Below are positions 31,301 to 42,041 of a DNA stretch of 64,000 bases, piece after piece. The stretch covers positions 608,001 to 672,000 of the forward strand of contig JBEKFP010000001.1 of assembly GCA_050013255.1 (NCBI GenBank), in the 5' to 3' direction. Position numbers and translations under genes: made by a program. The notes below the pieces were generated by a model. It saw only the letters and a list, made by a program, of their open reading frames with translations, did no database searches and had not been told where the DNA came from. This DNA is from Candidatus Bathyarchaeia archaeon. GTDB taxonomy: Archaea > Thermoproteota > Bathyarchaeia > 40CM-2-53-6. Positions within the stretch are counted from its first letter, which is position 1, and each line of letters starts with the position of its first letter.

Positions 31301-32557
31301 TCAACGCTGGAAGATTTTACTGTAGGTTAGTCCAAGCACAGCGAACACGAGCGTGACCGATAGGAGCACTCCGACGAACGGGAGGATGGCGAGCGAGATG
31401 GCTAGGGAGATCCAGGGCAGAATTCTGCCTCCTCTTCTGCCTTTGAGGAGCTTTATGCCCGCGACTGAACCAATGACGTAGACTATAATCGCAGCTCCGC
31501 TTGGAATCAGAAGAGCAGTCTCTAGGTCAACATTTAGGAAATAGAAGATGCCTATGACCGAGAGTGCGAGCCCCGAGAGGAGAGTGAGCGAGCGGGTGGG
31601 TGCTCCGGTTCTACCGTCCACGTTTGCGAGGTATTTCGGGAACCCACCGTCCCTTGCAACGGAATAGATTACTCTCGACATCCCAGTCATGTAGGCGTTT
31701 ACGGTGCTGAAAATGATGAAGACTGCAAGGATTGCTGTTCCCGGTGCTCCATAAATCCCTAGGACGTTTGAAAGGATAGCCGCGAATGGGGCGACGCTTC
31801 CCCCTGCTTTGTAGGCGAGCGTCCCAACGGTCATGAGAGCGACTGAAACGTATAGTGCGCTGATTATGATTACGCTAAGCATTATGCTCCGGTGGAAGTC
31901 GCGCTTAGGATTCTCAAACTCTTCCGCCACATTGGACACATTTTCGTAACCGAGGTACGACCAGAAAATTAGTGCGGCAGACACTCCAATCGGGATGATG
32001 CCGTTGGGAAGAAATGGGGAGAAGTTTTTCAGGGCCACATTGTGGAATGATGCAACTATTGTGGCGAGCAGCAACGCTACTATCGCGACCACCACAGCCA
32101 GCTGTACTTTATTGCTTACCACTATTCCCTTGTAATTAATCGCGAACGCGGCGAATATTATAGCGCCCGCGACTACGAAAACCTCCGGCCTACTCATTGG
32201 AAACGCGAACGCAAGGTAAGATGCGGCGATCAATGTCACAGCTGGGGCGCCAGTAATGTACCACACTACAAAAAGCCACCCGGTCATGGACGCGACGTTG
32301 TGACCTAGGCTTTCTTTTGCGAATGCATAAACTCCGCCCGACTCGGGCCTGCGAGCTGAGAGGGATGCGAAGGTGTAAGCAAACGCGTAGCTAGCTATGG
32401 AGAGGAGAATCCAGGCAACAAGTGAACCTGGCCCCGCGATTTTGGCTGCAAGGCCCGGAAGGACGAGAACGCCAGAGCCGAGGACCGAGCTTACGTACAA
32501 TGCGACTGCGTAGCGGAGCGTGATCGCCTTCCGCAGGCCCTTACCCGAATTTTGCAT
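31301..32557 (-). CDS. APC-family amino acid permease (YjeH-like)
   Basis: LGSGV, P.SGG.Y, FWSYLGYE; about 12 TM. Confidence 0.85.
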   Translation of the reverse strand: MQNSGKGLRKAITLRYAVALYVSSVLGSGVLVLPGLAAKIAGPGSLVAWILLSIASYAFAYTFASLSARRPESGGVYAFAKESLGHNVASMTGWLFVVWYITGAPAVTLIAASYLAFAFPMSRPEVFVVAGAIIFAAFAINYKGIVVSNKVQLAVVVAIVALLLATIVASFHNVALKNFSPFLPNGIIPIGVSAALIFWSYLGYENVSNVAEEFENPKRDFHRSIMLSVIIISALYVSVALMTVGTLAYKAGGSVAPFAAILSNVLGIYGAPGTAILAVFIIFSTVNAYMTGMSRVIYSVARDGGFPKYLANVDGRTGAPTRSLTLLSGLALSVIGIFYFLNVDLETALLIPSGAAIIVYVIGSVAGIKLLKGRRGGRILPWISLAISLAILPFVGVLLSVTLVFAVLGLTYSKIFQR

Positions 32558-32662
32558 ATTCAAACAATGAGCGAAGAGAAAAATCACTCATTAAAGCCTT
32601 GCAGAGGCGTGCGGCGGCAGCGTATTCCCCGGCCATGGTCCAGAGGTAGTGGTATTGTGACT

Positions 32663-33910
32663 TTAGTCTGTCTCGATAAGAAGCAGTTTCGGGTCTTCCA
32701 AGTACTGTTTGATGGCGTTCATGAATTGGGCGGCCATGGCGCCGTCTAGGACCCGGTGGTCGAATGAGACGGATAGGTATGTCATGTCTCGGATGACAAT
32801 TTGATTGTCCTTTACGACGGCGCGTTTTGTGATTTTGTGGACGCCTAGAATTGCAACTTCGGGGTAGTTGATTATCGGTGTCGCGAAAACTCCTCCGATT
32901 CCACCAACATTCGTTACCGTAAACGTGCTGCCCTGAATCTCATCTAACGTCAACTGTCCAGCACGAGTTTTCTCGCTGAGCTTGGAGATTTCTTCTGCTA
33001 AGTGTGTAATCGATTTGTGTTCGGCTGCTTTCACGACTGGGACGACTAGGCCTTGCTCGGTGTCGGTGGCGATTCCAATGTTGTAGTACTTCTTGAGCAC
33101 AATCTCCTGTTTCTCGTCGTCTAGGCTGGCGTTGAGGTACGGGTACTTCTTCAGGGCCAATACGAGGGCTTTGATGATGAATGGCAGGTAGGTGAGTTTT
33201 ATTCCCTGTTTCTCAGCTGAAGCCTTAGCCTTCTCCCGCAAGTGGACAACCTCAGTCATATCGACCTCGTCCACGTGCGTGACTTGGGCGGTGCTGTCCC
33301 TCGACTTCACCATGTGTTCCGCAACCTTCCGCCGTATCCCCCGCATCGGCACACGCTCCTCGACGCCACGCGGCCCAGTCACCGTGATGGCTACTGCTGC
33401 AGCGCTTCTTCCCACATCCTTGAACCGCCTCACATCGTCGTCTATGATTCTCCCCCCTGGTCCGGTCCCTTGAACCGTTGCAAGGTCAACTCCCATGTCC
33501 CTAGCGAGTTTGCGTGTTGCCGGTGTTGCAAGGATTTCTTGCGGCTTCTTCGGGGCCACTGCAAGGGGAGCGGGTGATGGAGTAGGAGCGGTGGCCTTAG
33601 CAGGGACAACTGCGGGTGTCTTCGCGGTTGTGATGGTTGGTGAAACCGCCGGAGGCGCTGAACCTTGTTCCCCTTTTTCGCCAATTACGAGAAGAACTTG
33701 GCCCACCTTGACCGTGCCACCCTCCTTCGCCATGAGCTTTAGAATCGTTCCTTTCCTCGGCGAAGGGATTTCCACATTGACCTTATCGGTCATTATTTCG
33801 ACGAGCGGTTGGTTCTCCTTAACGTCGGCGCCTTCCTTCACGAGCCATTTCACAACTTCCCCCTCAGCGACTCCTTCGCCGATGTCTGGAAGCCGGAATT
33901 CGAACGCCAT
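32663..33910 (-). CDS. 2-oxoacid dehydrogenase E2 acyltransferase
   Basis: Lipoyl domain TDKV, PSBD GTGPGGRI, DHRVLDG. Confidence 0.95.
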   Translation of the reverse strand: MAFEFRLPDIGEGVAEGEVVKWLVKEGADVKENQPLVEIMTDKVNVEIPSPRKGTILKLMAKEGGTVKVGQVLLVIGEKGEQGSAPPAVSPTITTAKTPAVVPAKATAPTPSPAPLAVAPKKPQEILATPATRKLARDMGVDLATVQGTGPGGRIIDDDVRRFKDVGRSAAAVAITVTGPRGVEERVPMRGIRRKVAEHMVKSRDSTAQVTHVDEVDMTEVVHLREKAKASAEKQGIKLTYLPFIIKALVLALKKYPYLNASLDDEKQEIVLKKYYNIGIATDTEQGLVVPVVKAAEHKSITHLAEEISKLSEKTRAGQLTLDEIQGSTFTVTNVGGIGGVFATPIINYPEVAILGVHKITKRAVVKDNQIVIRDMTYLSVSFDHRVLDGAMAAQFMNAIKQYLEDPKLLLIETD

Positions 33911-33932
33911 CTTACATCAACCCGGAACTCAT

Positions 33933-34907
33933 TCAGAAATTGTGAACTTTCTCAATCGCGTTCAGCACGCGGTTAGCGTTAGGCATGTATTCTTCTTCCA
34001 AAGCGTACGGGAAGGGGACATCGAAACCCGCTACGCGAACGATAGGCGCCTCCAAATGTAGGAGGCATCGCTCAGCAATCTGCGCTGCAATCTCCGCGCC
34101 GAACCCACAGGTCTTGCAAGCCTCGTGCAAAATAACTACCCGGCCAGTTTTCTTAACGGAACTCATGATCGTTTCAATATCGAAGGGCAGCAGGGTTCTG
34201 ATATCGACCACTTCAACGCCGATTCCCTTCGCCGCAGCTAATTCAGCCGCTTCCATAGCAACGTGGAGCATCGCGCCGTAGGCGAAGATTACAACGTCGT
34301 CTCCCTCGCGGGTGACGTTCGCTTTGCCGATGGGTATTGTGTATTCGTCGTCGGGAACTTCGCCGCGGACTGTTCGGTAGATTTTCTTCGGCTCGAGGAA
34401 CATGACGGGGTCGGGGTCGCGCAGGGCTGAGGTGAGAAGTCCTTTCGTGTCGTACGGTGTGGCTGGTATAACGACCTTGAGGCCTGGTGTGTGGATGAAG
34501 AAAGCTTCAGTGCTTTGAGAATGGTAGTGGCTGCCCTTTATGCCGCCTCCGTAAGGCGTTCGAATCACGAGGGGTGTTGTGAAATGGCCTCCGGACCGGT
34601 ACCTGAACTTGGACAATTCGCTTTGAATTTGGTCGAAGGCCGGGTAGATGAAGTCCAAGAATTGAATTTCTGGGACCGGCTTAAGCCCGTAGAGCGCCAT
34701 CCCGATTGAAACGCCGATAATCCCTGATTCTGCGAGCGGTGTGTCTATGACGCGGTTCGGCCCGAATTCTTGGAATAGCCCTTCCGTGGCGCGGAAGACG
34801 CCCCCGTTGATTCCGACATCCTCACCTAGGATCACAATCTTGTCGTTTCGCTTCATCTCATCCCGAAGCGTATGATTGACAGCCTGAACAATGTTGAGAA
34901 GCGCCAT
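33933..34907 (-). CDS. 2-oxoacid dehydrogenase E1 beta
   Basis: GEDVG..GGVFR, DTPLAE, HSQS. Confidence 0.95.
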   Translation of the reverse strand: MALLNIVQAVNHTLRDEMKRNDKIVILGEDVGINGGVFRATEGLFQEFGPNRVIDTPLAESGIIGVSIGMALYGLKPVPEIQFLDFIYPAFDQIQSELSKFRYRSGGHFTTPLVIRTPYGGGIKGSHYHSQSTEAFFIHTPGLKVVIPATPYDTKGLLTSALRDPDPVMFLEPKKIYRTVRGEVPDDEYTIPIGKANVTREGDDVVIFAYGAMLHVAMEAAELAAAKGIGVEVVDIRTLLPFDIETIMSSVKKTGRVVILHEACKTCGFGAEIAAQIAERCLLHLEAPIVRVAGFDVPFPYALEEEYMPNANRVLNAIEKVHNF

Positions 34908-34910
34908 GGG

Positions 34911-35993
34911 TTACGTGCTCTCCCCTTTCTCTTCGCGAAGTTCACGAAGCTGTTCCTCAAGGTGCCACGGCATTTCCTCGTAAACGTCCGTGAAGAGAGT
35001 CTCCAATGCCGGCCGCGGCAATTTCTCGCAGTAAGCGACGGCTTCATCCAATTCCAGGGTAGCTTGTTCCTGCGCCTTCTTCTCGTCTGCCTCGTTCCAG
35101 AGTCTTTTTTTCTCTAGGTACCTTCGGAACCTGACGAGGGGGTCGCGGTTTTGCCATTCCGCCAATTCCGCCTCAGCCCGGTACCGTTTCGGGTCGTCGG
35201 ATGACGAGTGCGGCCCCATACGGTAAGTAACAGCCTCAATCAACGTTGGCCCATCACCCTTACGCGCCTTGTCCACAGCCTCCTTCGTTGTCCTGTAAAC
35301 AGCTAGAATATCATTTCCGTCGACACGCATGCCTTCGAAGCCGTACGCTTGAGCTTTGATGGCTATGGTTTCAGAGGCAGTCTGTTTTTCTACTGGGACG
35401 GAGATTGCCCAATGGTTGTTCTGGCAGAAGAATACCGTCGGCGTTTTGTAAACGCCTGCAAAGTTCATACCGGTGTGGAAATCGTTTGCGGAGGTGGCAC
35501 CGTCGCCGAAGTAAGCCATCGTGACAATCGGGTCGCCTCTAAGCTTCGCAGCGAGCGCCGTACCAACAGCGTGCGGGATCTGCGTGGCGATGGGCGCTGA
35601 GCCGGAAACGTAATTGACGGATTTGAGGCCGAACAAGTTCGTGATCTGGCGCCCTTTCTGAACATCCTCCGCGTTAGCAAAGTACTGGTTCAGAAGCTGC
35701 TTGAGCGTAATCCCCCGAACAAGCATTGAGCCAATTTCCCTGTAAGCGGGGAAAATCCAGTCCTCAGGGTTTAACGCATAGGCGCTTCCAATATGCGCCG
35801 CCTCCTGACCCAAGCCGCCTATGAAGAAGCCGATTCTACCCGACCGCTGCAACTGAAGACCACGTATGTCTAAACACCTGGCGAGAACCATAGTCCGGTA
35901 GAGCCGGCGCAGCTCGTCTTTCGAAATTTCCGGCTCCATCTTCTCAACGTACTCGCCTGTTGGTTTTATGACCTGCAGTAACTCAAGGCTCAA
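34911..35993 (-). CDS. 2-oxoacid dehydrogenase E1 alpha (PDH/branched-chain type)
   Basis: GDGATS..NN TPP motif, GPHSSSDDP. Confidence 0.95.
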   Translation of the reverse strand: MSLELLQVIKPTGEYVEKMEPEISKDELRRLYRTMVLARCLDIRGLQLQRSGRIGFFIGGLGQEAAHIGSAYALNPEDWIFPAYREIGSMLVRGITLKQLLNQYFANAEDVQKGRQITNLFGLKSVNYVSGSAPIATQIPHAVGTALAAKLRGDPIVTMAYFGDGATSANDFHTGMNFAGVYKTPTVFFCQNNHWAISVPVEKQTASETIAIKAQAYGFEGMRVDGNDILAVYRTTKEAVDKARKGDGPTLIEAVTYRMGPHSSSDDPKRYRAEAELAEWQNRDPLVRFRRYLEKKRLWNEADEKKAQEQATLELDEAVAYCEKLPRPALETLFTDVYEEMPWHLEEQLRELREEKGEST

Positions 35994-36111
35994 ACTCTAA
36001 CCCTCTCGTGAGGTTGCCGGAAACGAACTCGAAAGCTGGACTAGCACTAGTAAATCTTTGCCCTTTTGGCGGTGACATTGAGAAGACATGTTGCGTCAGC
36101 GCTGTCAAGAA

Positions 36112-37044
36112 TCAAGCTAGAGCGTGTAGTCTCTTCTTACGTATCAGTGCTTCAACGAAGAATTCACCAGCTCTATACGAGCTGCGAACGAACGGGCCTG
36201 AAGCCACGTACAAGAATCCGAGTTCTTCAGCCAAAGTCTTGTAGTGTTCAAACGTTTCCGGGCTAACGTACTCGGTGACAGGGATATGGCCCCTGGAGGG
36301 TCGAAGGTACTGGCCTAAGGTCAGGATATCCACATCAACATCCCGTAGGTCCTTCATCGCTTTGACGAGATCGCCCTCAGTCTCGCCTAGGCCAAGCATA
36401 ATAGACGATTTCGAATAAACCGTCGGATCCAATTCCTTGATTCCCTTCAGAACCCAGAGGGATTGCTTGTATGTTGCCCTCGGGTCGCGAACCTTTGGCG
36501 ACAGCGGTTCCGTGGTTTCTATGTTGTGGGCTACGACTTCGGGAGCTGCGTCAACAACTTTCTTCACGTCATCAAGATTTCCCTGGAAATCAGGAATCAA
36601 CACTTCCGTAATCACGTTCGGGTCTTGCTGTTTGATGGCCTTGATCGTTGACGCGAAGTGGCCTGCGCCGCCGTCGGGAAGGTCGTCGCGGTCTACGGAC
36701 GTTATCACCACGTACTTCAAGCCCAAATGGGCAATCGTCTTAGCGACGTTCACGGGCTCAAAAATGTCCAGTAACCCGTGCGGGTTTCCGCTCTTAACCA
36801 TGCAAAACCGGCAGCCCCGCGTACAAGTGTCGCCCATTAGCATGAAGGTGGCTGTCCCACCACCCCAGCACTCCGCCACATTGGGGCAGTGCGCTTCCTC
36901 GCAAACCGTGTGAAGGTTGTGGTTTCGAAGGACGTCTTTAATTCTCTCATAATTCTGGCCAGTGGGATACTTCACACGTAGCCACTCAGGCTTCTCGGCA
37001 CCCTGAGTTTCTTGAATTTGCAGGACGTGTGAATAACGGGGCAT
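36112..37044 (-). CDS. lipA: Lipoyl synthase
   Basis: CEEAHCPNVAEC, CTRGCRFC, RSSY. Confidence 0.96.
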   Translation of the reverse strand: MPRYSHVLQIQETQGAEKPEWLRVKYPTGQNYERIKDVLRNHNLHTVCEEAHCPNVAECWGGGTATFMLMGDTCTRGCRFCMVKSGNPHGLLDIFEPVNVAKTIAHLGLKYVVITSVDRDDLPDGGAGHFASTIKAIKQQDPNVITEVLIPDFQGNLDDVKKVVDAAPEVVAHNIETTEPLSPKVRDPRATYKQSLWVLKGIKELDPTVYSKSSIMLGLGETEGDLVKAMKDLRDVDVDILTLGQYLRPSRGHIPVTEYVSPETFEHYKTLAEELGFLYVASGPFVRSSYRAGEFFVEALIRKKRLHALA

Positions 37045-37142
37045 GCGAGACCCAGACAATGAAGCCTAGGCTAATTCGTCCTTTTGACCTTTACCTTGGA
37101 TAACTAATCCTCCCCTTTTCATCGAGTTTTCGAGCAAGATTA

Positions 37143-37541
37143 CTATCGTTTCTTTCCGTTCAGCATCATGTACGCCCCGACGCCGATGAAGACGAGCGAG
37201 GAGAGTAGATTGAACACGAACGTCAGGACAGCGACTGGGATGATTGGATTCGTGCAGTAGTATTCGTATGGTGGCAGCTGTTGAGTAACGCCATTGTTCG
37301 GCATTGTAACGTTTGTGAACGTTGTACTGCTTGTGACGGTTACTGGGTTCGTGACGGGAGTGGGTGGAGGTGATGGTATGCCTAGCATTCCTGAGACGAC
37401 TGGAATGTAACAGTTGTAACTTAGCACGTTGGCTACCAGGCTAGTTATTGAAATGAAGATTGAGACTACTGCGAGGGCTACAACGAACAGGCCGACCCAA
37501 TAGAGTAGAAACTCACGACGGTTTGCTTCACTTTCACTCAT
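37143..37541 (-). CDS. Two-TM protein with Pro/Thr-rich loop
   Basis: Two hydrophobic helices; two Cys flank the loop. Confidence 0.65.
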   Translation of the reverse strand: MSESEANRREFLLYWVGLFVVALAVVSIFISITSLVANVLSYNCYIPVVSGMLGIPSPPPTPVTNPVTVTSSTTFTNVTMPNNGVTQQLPPYEYYCTNPIIPVAVLTFVFNLLSSLVFIGVGAYMMLNGKKR

Positions 37542-37665
37542 AATAGGGGAATCTCCTGTTAGGTCGTAAGAGAGAGCCGTGATAAAAGACCACAGAATAG
37601 AACAGAACTGAACGCTACCGTTTGGACTAAACTATAAATGAAGACCATCTCGGAACCGCAATCTG

Positions 37666-38571
37666 ATGACCATGAAAACCCTGGTACCGTTTTTCTTGAA
37701 CCGGAAACGATTCGTGAGCATTATCATCGTCGTGTTCGTGTTGGCAGGCGCCCTTGTAGGTTACGCATCACAGCCTCAAAACTCATCTATGCCGATTCTA
37801 GGCGGCTACGCTGTAGTGAATGGGCCCGCTGTTCCTGGAGTTAATCAGCAGGTTACTTACTTGACTACGACGGCTGCAACTAGAACCGGCTCTCCAGGCG
37901 CTTATTCAACATCGTTCGGCGGACGCATGGTTGAACTGGACGGCGGCCTGACGATTCAAGTAAGCGATGTGAAGGCAGCTTCTGATCAAACTGCCCGCTT
38001 GGCCGCGTTGCTCAATGGTTATGTCGCATCTTCATCCTTTGACGACAGCGGGTCGGGTGCAAGTATCGTCCTGCGTATACCCGAAGCCAATTTCTCCTCA
38101 GCAATGCGCAGCCTCTCTAGCCTCGGCATAGTGAAAGCCCAAACTGTCTCAAGCAACGACATCACGGAACAATACGTAAACCTTCAAGCCCAGCTTGATT
38201 CGTACACAACCGAAGACGCGGCATTGCTTCGGATATTGAATTCATCAAAAACTGTTACTGATGCGTTGAGCACGGAGGACGCGATCCAGAACACGCAAGC
38301 TCAGATTAATGACCTCGAAGGCCAACTGCAAGTAATGCAACGCCTAGTAACTTTCGGAACCATCAACATTCAACTCATACAGCCTGCGACGAATCCAACA
38401 TTGGATTTCGGTGATGCATTGAACTCAGCTCTCCTGGCATTCTACACCGTTGCGAAAGGCATGCTGATACTTGGGGCGTCGCTTGTTCCAATAGCCATGA
38501 TCGGTGGGATAGCCTACGTTCCCTACCGCCATTTTTCCCGGAAAAAACAGAAGCCCATTGAGGCTCAATGA
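37666..38571 (+). CDS. DUF4349 domain membrane protein
   Basis: GYV.SS, LRIP, DITEQYV.L coiled coil, C-terminal TM. Confidence 0.8.
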   Translation: MTMKTLVPFFLNRKRFVSIIIVVFVLAGALVGYASQPQNSSMPILGGYAVVNGPAVPGVNQQVTYLTTTAATRTGSPGAYSTSFGGRMVELDGGLTIQVSDVKAASDQTARLAALLNGYVASSSFDDSGSGASIVLRIPEANFSSAMRSLSSLGIVKAQTVSSNDITEQYVNLQAQLDSYTTEDAALLRILNSSKTVTDALSTEDAIQNTQAQINDLEGQLQVMQRLVTFGTINIQLIQPATNPTLDFGDALNSALLAFYTVAKGMLILGASLVPIAMIGGIAYVPYRHFSRKKQKPIEAQ

Positions 38572-39234
38572 TTGCCATCCGAAAGCGACGAGATTAGAAG
38601 ATTACTCAAACAACTCTACACGCTAAGGTTAATCCTGAGTCTAAGCTTCGTAATCGCCGTAGGAACTACGGCCCTCATCGTCGCCCCCGCATTCTTCCAA
38701 CCTGCAGGATATGGGCCTACAGTGCCTGTTCCGGTTGCTCAGACAACGTTCGCGAGCACAACAACCTTCGCAAGCACGACAGCTACGACGCTGCTTACGA
38801 GTGCCTCTTCGACTCCTGGAGGGTATGGCGTCGCAGGACCGACCACGCTAGGCCTAGTCAGCTATTACGGCTTAACCGCGCTACTCTCTTGGACAGTTTT
38901 TGGGGCGGCTCTAATCTGGCGCGGCCACGTGCGTTCCGTCTGGGGTCAAAGCCGCTTCAGCTACGACACCTTCAGGCTTCTTGTGAAAATGCGCGGGGCA
39001 CAAACACGCCTCAAGCTCATGCATTCCCTTAACGCACCCAAGAACAAGCTACAGATCGCAACAGCCCTAGGCATAGACTGGAAAGCCGTAGACAAACATG
39101 TACACGTCCTCGAGAAGAACGGCCTAATCCACGCGACGTCAACCAGTGGAACCGCAACCTTCTACGAGGTCACAGGGAAAGGCAGAGACCTGATTCAAGT
39201 GCTCGAACAACTGGGCGCTGAAAATCCCGCATAA
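38572..39234 (+). CDS. Membrane-tethered ArsR-like winged-helix regulator
   Basis: Two TM with Thr-rich loop, then MRG..TR..L, LGIDWKAVDKH..VLE. Confidence 0.78.
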   Translation: MPSESDEIRRLLKQLYTLRLILSLSFVIAVGTTALIVAPAFFQPAGYGPTVPVPVAQTTFASTTTFASTTATTLLTSASSTPGGYGVAGPTTLGLVSYYGLTALLSWTVFGAALIWRGHVRSVWGQSRFSYDTFRLLVKMRGAQTRLKLMHSLNAPKNKLQIATALGIDWKAVDKHVHVLEKNGLIHATSTSGTATFYEVTGKGRDLIQVLEQLGAENPA

Positions 39235-39350
39235 CGCGAATTCGACATAATTTCAAGTCCGCAATGGTAAATGTTGGTGGAAATCTGGCATAATTTCATA
39301 TAACCATTAATCCAGCGAAGCCCCGCAGACCTGAGTTGGATGAATTGCTA

Positions 39351-40976
39351 ATGGGCAAGGATTTTGAGAAATTGAGGTTGAGAAGGTTCTTTGTTGGAGG
39401 ATTGTTTGGCGGTATTCTTGCCACAGTCATATTGTTTGTTGGTACTGAGTTTCTTGGGTTCCCCTTCCCGCCCTTAGCAATCTTTCAAGCGCTAATCGCT
39501 CCGGTTCCGGGGTCGATTCAATCGGTCATGGTTGACACGTTTCGTGAATATGCCAAGTATTCGGCCTTCGTAGCCTCCTCCGCCATCTACGCCATAATAT
39601 ACGGCCTCATCGCTGTTGGCTTAGCGTTTGTGTTCAAGGGAGACTTGCACGGTAAAGTGAAGGAAGCAACGCTTGTTGGCGTCGGCGTGCCAACGGTGAT
39701 TGGCCTCGGCCTTCAGTTAGAGTTAGCGAACGCATTCCCAGCCATATCGTCCTTGTACGGTTGGGTTCTTGCCGGCATCCTCGTCATCGCAGTGAACCTC
39801 ATCTACGCTAAAACGGTCATCAACTACACGACAACTGTCCCAGCCGCCGTAACCGCGAAGCAAACGCCTATGACGGCCATTCCATCCGTGCGGCGTGGTT
39901 TCTTGAAGAAGGCTGTGGTCGCGGCGGCCGTTCTTGTGTTCGCTGGTGTTGCAGCTAAGATTGGACTGTCCATACTCTCAAACCAACCAGTCGTGACAAG
40001 CGGGTCAGCTGTGCCAATCAACCCTAGCGGGCCAATAATACCCACACTTCCTAGCGGTGCCCCGGATATTTTCAGTGACCCAAGAATCAGCAACTTAGTA
40101 GCCTCCGAGGTAACCGATAACCGGGTGTTCTACCGGGTAGACATTAACCCGATTCCCCCGCAACTGGACTTCGACAAATGGATGCTGAATGTTCACGGGA
40201 AAATGAACAACGCCCAGACGCTCGACAAGAACTCGTTGCTGCAACTGGCCACCGTTGACCAGTACGCTACGCTTGAATGCGTTAGCAACTCGACCTATCC
40301 GCCGGGTGGCCTTATCAGTAACGCCAAGTGGACCGGCGTCCCGCTCGCCACGCTACTCAAACAAGCGGGGCTACTCGCAAATTCAAATTATGTCGTGTTT
40401 CGGTGCGCAGACGGTTACACGGTCGGCATACCAATCGCACGTGCATTAGAGCCAGGGGCTCTCTTGGCGTACAAGATGAATGATACCATGCTTCCCAACG
40501 AGCATGGGTTCCCTCTACGTGCGATCGTTCCAGGGATTTATGGGATGATGAATGCGAAGTGGATTACGGAAATCGAAGTCACAGACCAAGTGTACTTGGG
40601 GTACTGGCAGGAACGCGGCTGGTCCAACGACGCCCGTATCAAAACAACCTCCATCATCTACTACCCCACAGGCAACGTGCAAATGAATGGCTCCACGCCG
40701 ATCGCAGGCGTCGCCTTCGCCGGCGACCGCGGCATCAGCAAAGTTGAGGCCAGCGTTGATGGCGGGAACACTTGGAATGAGGCCACTTTGAAGCCCCCGC
40801 GCTCACCCTACTCCTGGGTGCTATGGGCTTATGCGTGGAAACCTACGGCAACTGGCACCGCTAACATCATTGTGAGAGCCACCGATGGGAAAGGCCAACT
40901 ACAAGACCCAACCGTCACACAATCCTTCCCCGACGGAGCCTCAGGATACTCGTCCGTCCAAGTCACGGTTGCATGA
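39351..40976 (+). CDS. Polytopic sulfite-oxidase-family molybdoenzyme with internal twin-arginine motif
   Basis: TLECVSN, W.GVPL, HGFPLR..PG.YG..AKW, Ig-like dimerisation domain; VRRGFLKK before TM5. Confidence 0.9.
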   Translation: MGKDFEKLRLRRFFVGGLFGGILATVILFVGTEFLGFPFPPLAIFQALIAPVPGSIQSVMVDTFREYAKYSAFVASSAIYAIIYGLIAVGLAFVFKGDLHGKVKEATLVGVGVPTVIGLGLQLELANAFPAISSLYGWVLAGILVIAVNLIYAKTVINYTTTVPAAVTAKQTPMTAIPSVRRGFLKKAVVAAAVLVFAGVAAKIGLSILSNQPVVTSGSAVPINPSGPIIPTLPSGAPDIFSDPRISNLVASEVTDNRVFYRVDINPIPPQLDFDKWMLNVHGKMNNAQTLDKNSLLQLATVDQYATLECVSNSTYPPGGLISNAKWTGVPLATLLKQAGLLANSNYVVFRCADGYTVGIPIARALEPGALLAYKMNDTMLPNEHGFPLRAIVPGIYGMMNAKWITEIEVTDQVYLGYWQERGWSNDARIKTTSIIYYPTGNVQMNGSTPIAGVAFAGDRGISKVEASVDGGNTWNEATLKPPRSPYSWVLWAYAWKPTATGTANIIVRATDGKGQLQDPTVTQSFPDGASGYSSVQVTVA

Positions 40977-41101
40977 TTCTTCAACCAGCACGCGCCCGGG
41001 CCCACTCCCTCGCAGTCAGAACTTCAAGGAGAAAATTCGCGAATATCCCGTACCAAGGAACGCTGCCGTTAAAGGAGGCTGAATCGTCCAGCAAAATAAA
41101 G

Positions 41102-41236
41102 ATCGCTGGTAACTACGACGCTAGCAACGTTTGGGTGTACACCGGTTCATGGGTGAGGGCTACGGGTTCAACGAGCCTCACGCCAGGCGAAGCCATGTGG
41201 ATCCTAATCACCACACCCGCAACACTGAGGCCATAA
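41102..41236 (+). pseudogene. Orphan C-terminal domain remnant (IAGNYD..VWVY..GEAMW..TPATLRP)
   Basis: Homologous to the minus-strand remnant at 42249-42404. Confidence 0.65.
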
Positions 41237-41365
41237 CACCATCAGCGAGCCGTAACCTTAGCCACGCTCATTGTCAGCCTGACCCTATGAATGAAAGCGA
41301 ACAACCATCGGCGCCGGTTTGTTTCCCCAGCTGAAACGTCTACTGTGAGTGCACGTTCGACGATT

Positions 41366-41393
41366 GTGGGAAATACTCTTAATACGTGGGAAA
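41366..41393 (+). promoter_or_regulatory. GTGGGAAA direct repeat flanking the TATA-like box of the vapBC promoter
   Basis: Copies at 41366 and 41386 around CTTAATA. Confidence 0.45.
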
Positions 41394-41417
41394 AACGATT
41401 TCTAGGGCAGATCGGCA

Positions 41418-41642
41418 TTGGGTGAAGTTGCGTTAGACGACAAGTACAGAGTCGCGCTTGATCGAAGGATAAGGGAAGTCGCGGGGATAAAAAAAGGCGA
41501 CCGGCTCGTTGCGATTCCCTTCAAAGGAGGAGTTATCTTGGTGGCGGCTGGCGACCGCAAATTTGCTGGTAGCCTGACAGGGTTTGGTTTCGCAGAGGAA
41601 CGGCATGAAGCATCACGTTTCATATTTCGTAGGAAAAAGTAA
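41418..41642 (+). CDS. vapB: AbrB/MazE-type antitoxin
   Basis: LDDKYRV.L...IR...GIKKGD; abuts the PIN gene. Confidence 0.82.
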   Translation: MGEVALDDKYRVALDRRIREVAGIKKGDRLVAIPFKGGVILVAAGDRKFAGSLTGFGFAEERHEASRFIFRRKK

Positions 41643-42041
41643 TTGCCCGTATTGGACACTGTAGTCATTTTTGGTGCAGCGGATTCCAACGATAGGCATC
41701 ATGATCGCGCCAAGCGGCACCTTCAACGCATCGCCAACTCTGAAGTCTATCTGGGGACTTTCGCACTTTTAGAGTTCGACATCGTAATGAAGAGCAGGGG
41801 ACTCTCCTTTCAGGAGAGAATGGAGAAGCATGTCTCGCTTCTGAGAGACTACCCTGAGTTGAGCGAAAAGATGGTTGGCGTGAGCCCCGCCACCCTTTAC
41901 CTTGCTTCTAGGCTCGAGGGGGAAGCGGAATTGGAGTATTTTGACGCGGGCGTTGCTGCCGAAGCCCTTCAACTTGATGGAACCGTCGTATCCACCGACC
42001 GAGCATTCGACCGGGTCGAGGGGCTAAAGAGAATATGGTAG
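41643..42041 (+). CDS. vapC: PIN-domain toxin
   Basis: LDT, E, YFDA, STDRAFD acidic tetrad. Confidence 0.88.
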   Translation: MPVLDTVVIFGAADSNDRHHDRAKRHLQRIANSEVYLGTFALLEFDIVMKSRGLSFQERMEKHVSLLRDYPELSEKMVGVSPATLYLASRLEGEAELEYFDAGVAAEALQLDGTVVSTDRAFDRVEGLKRIW

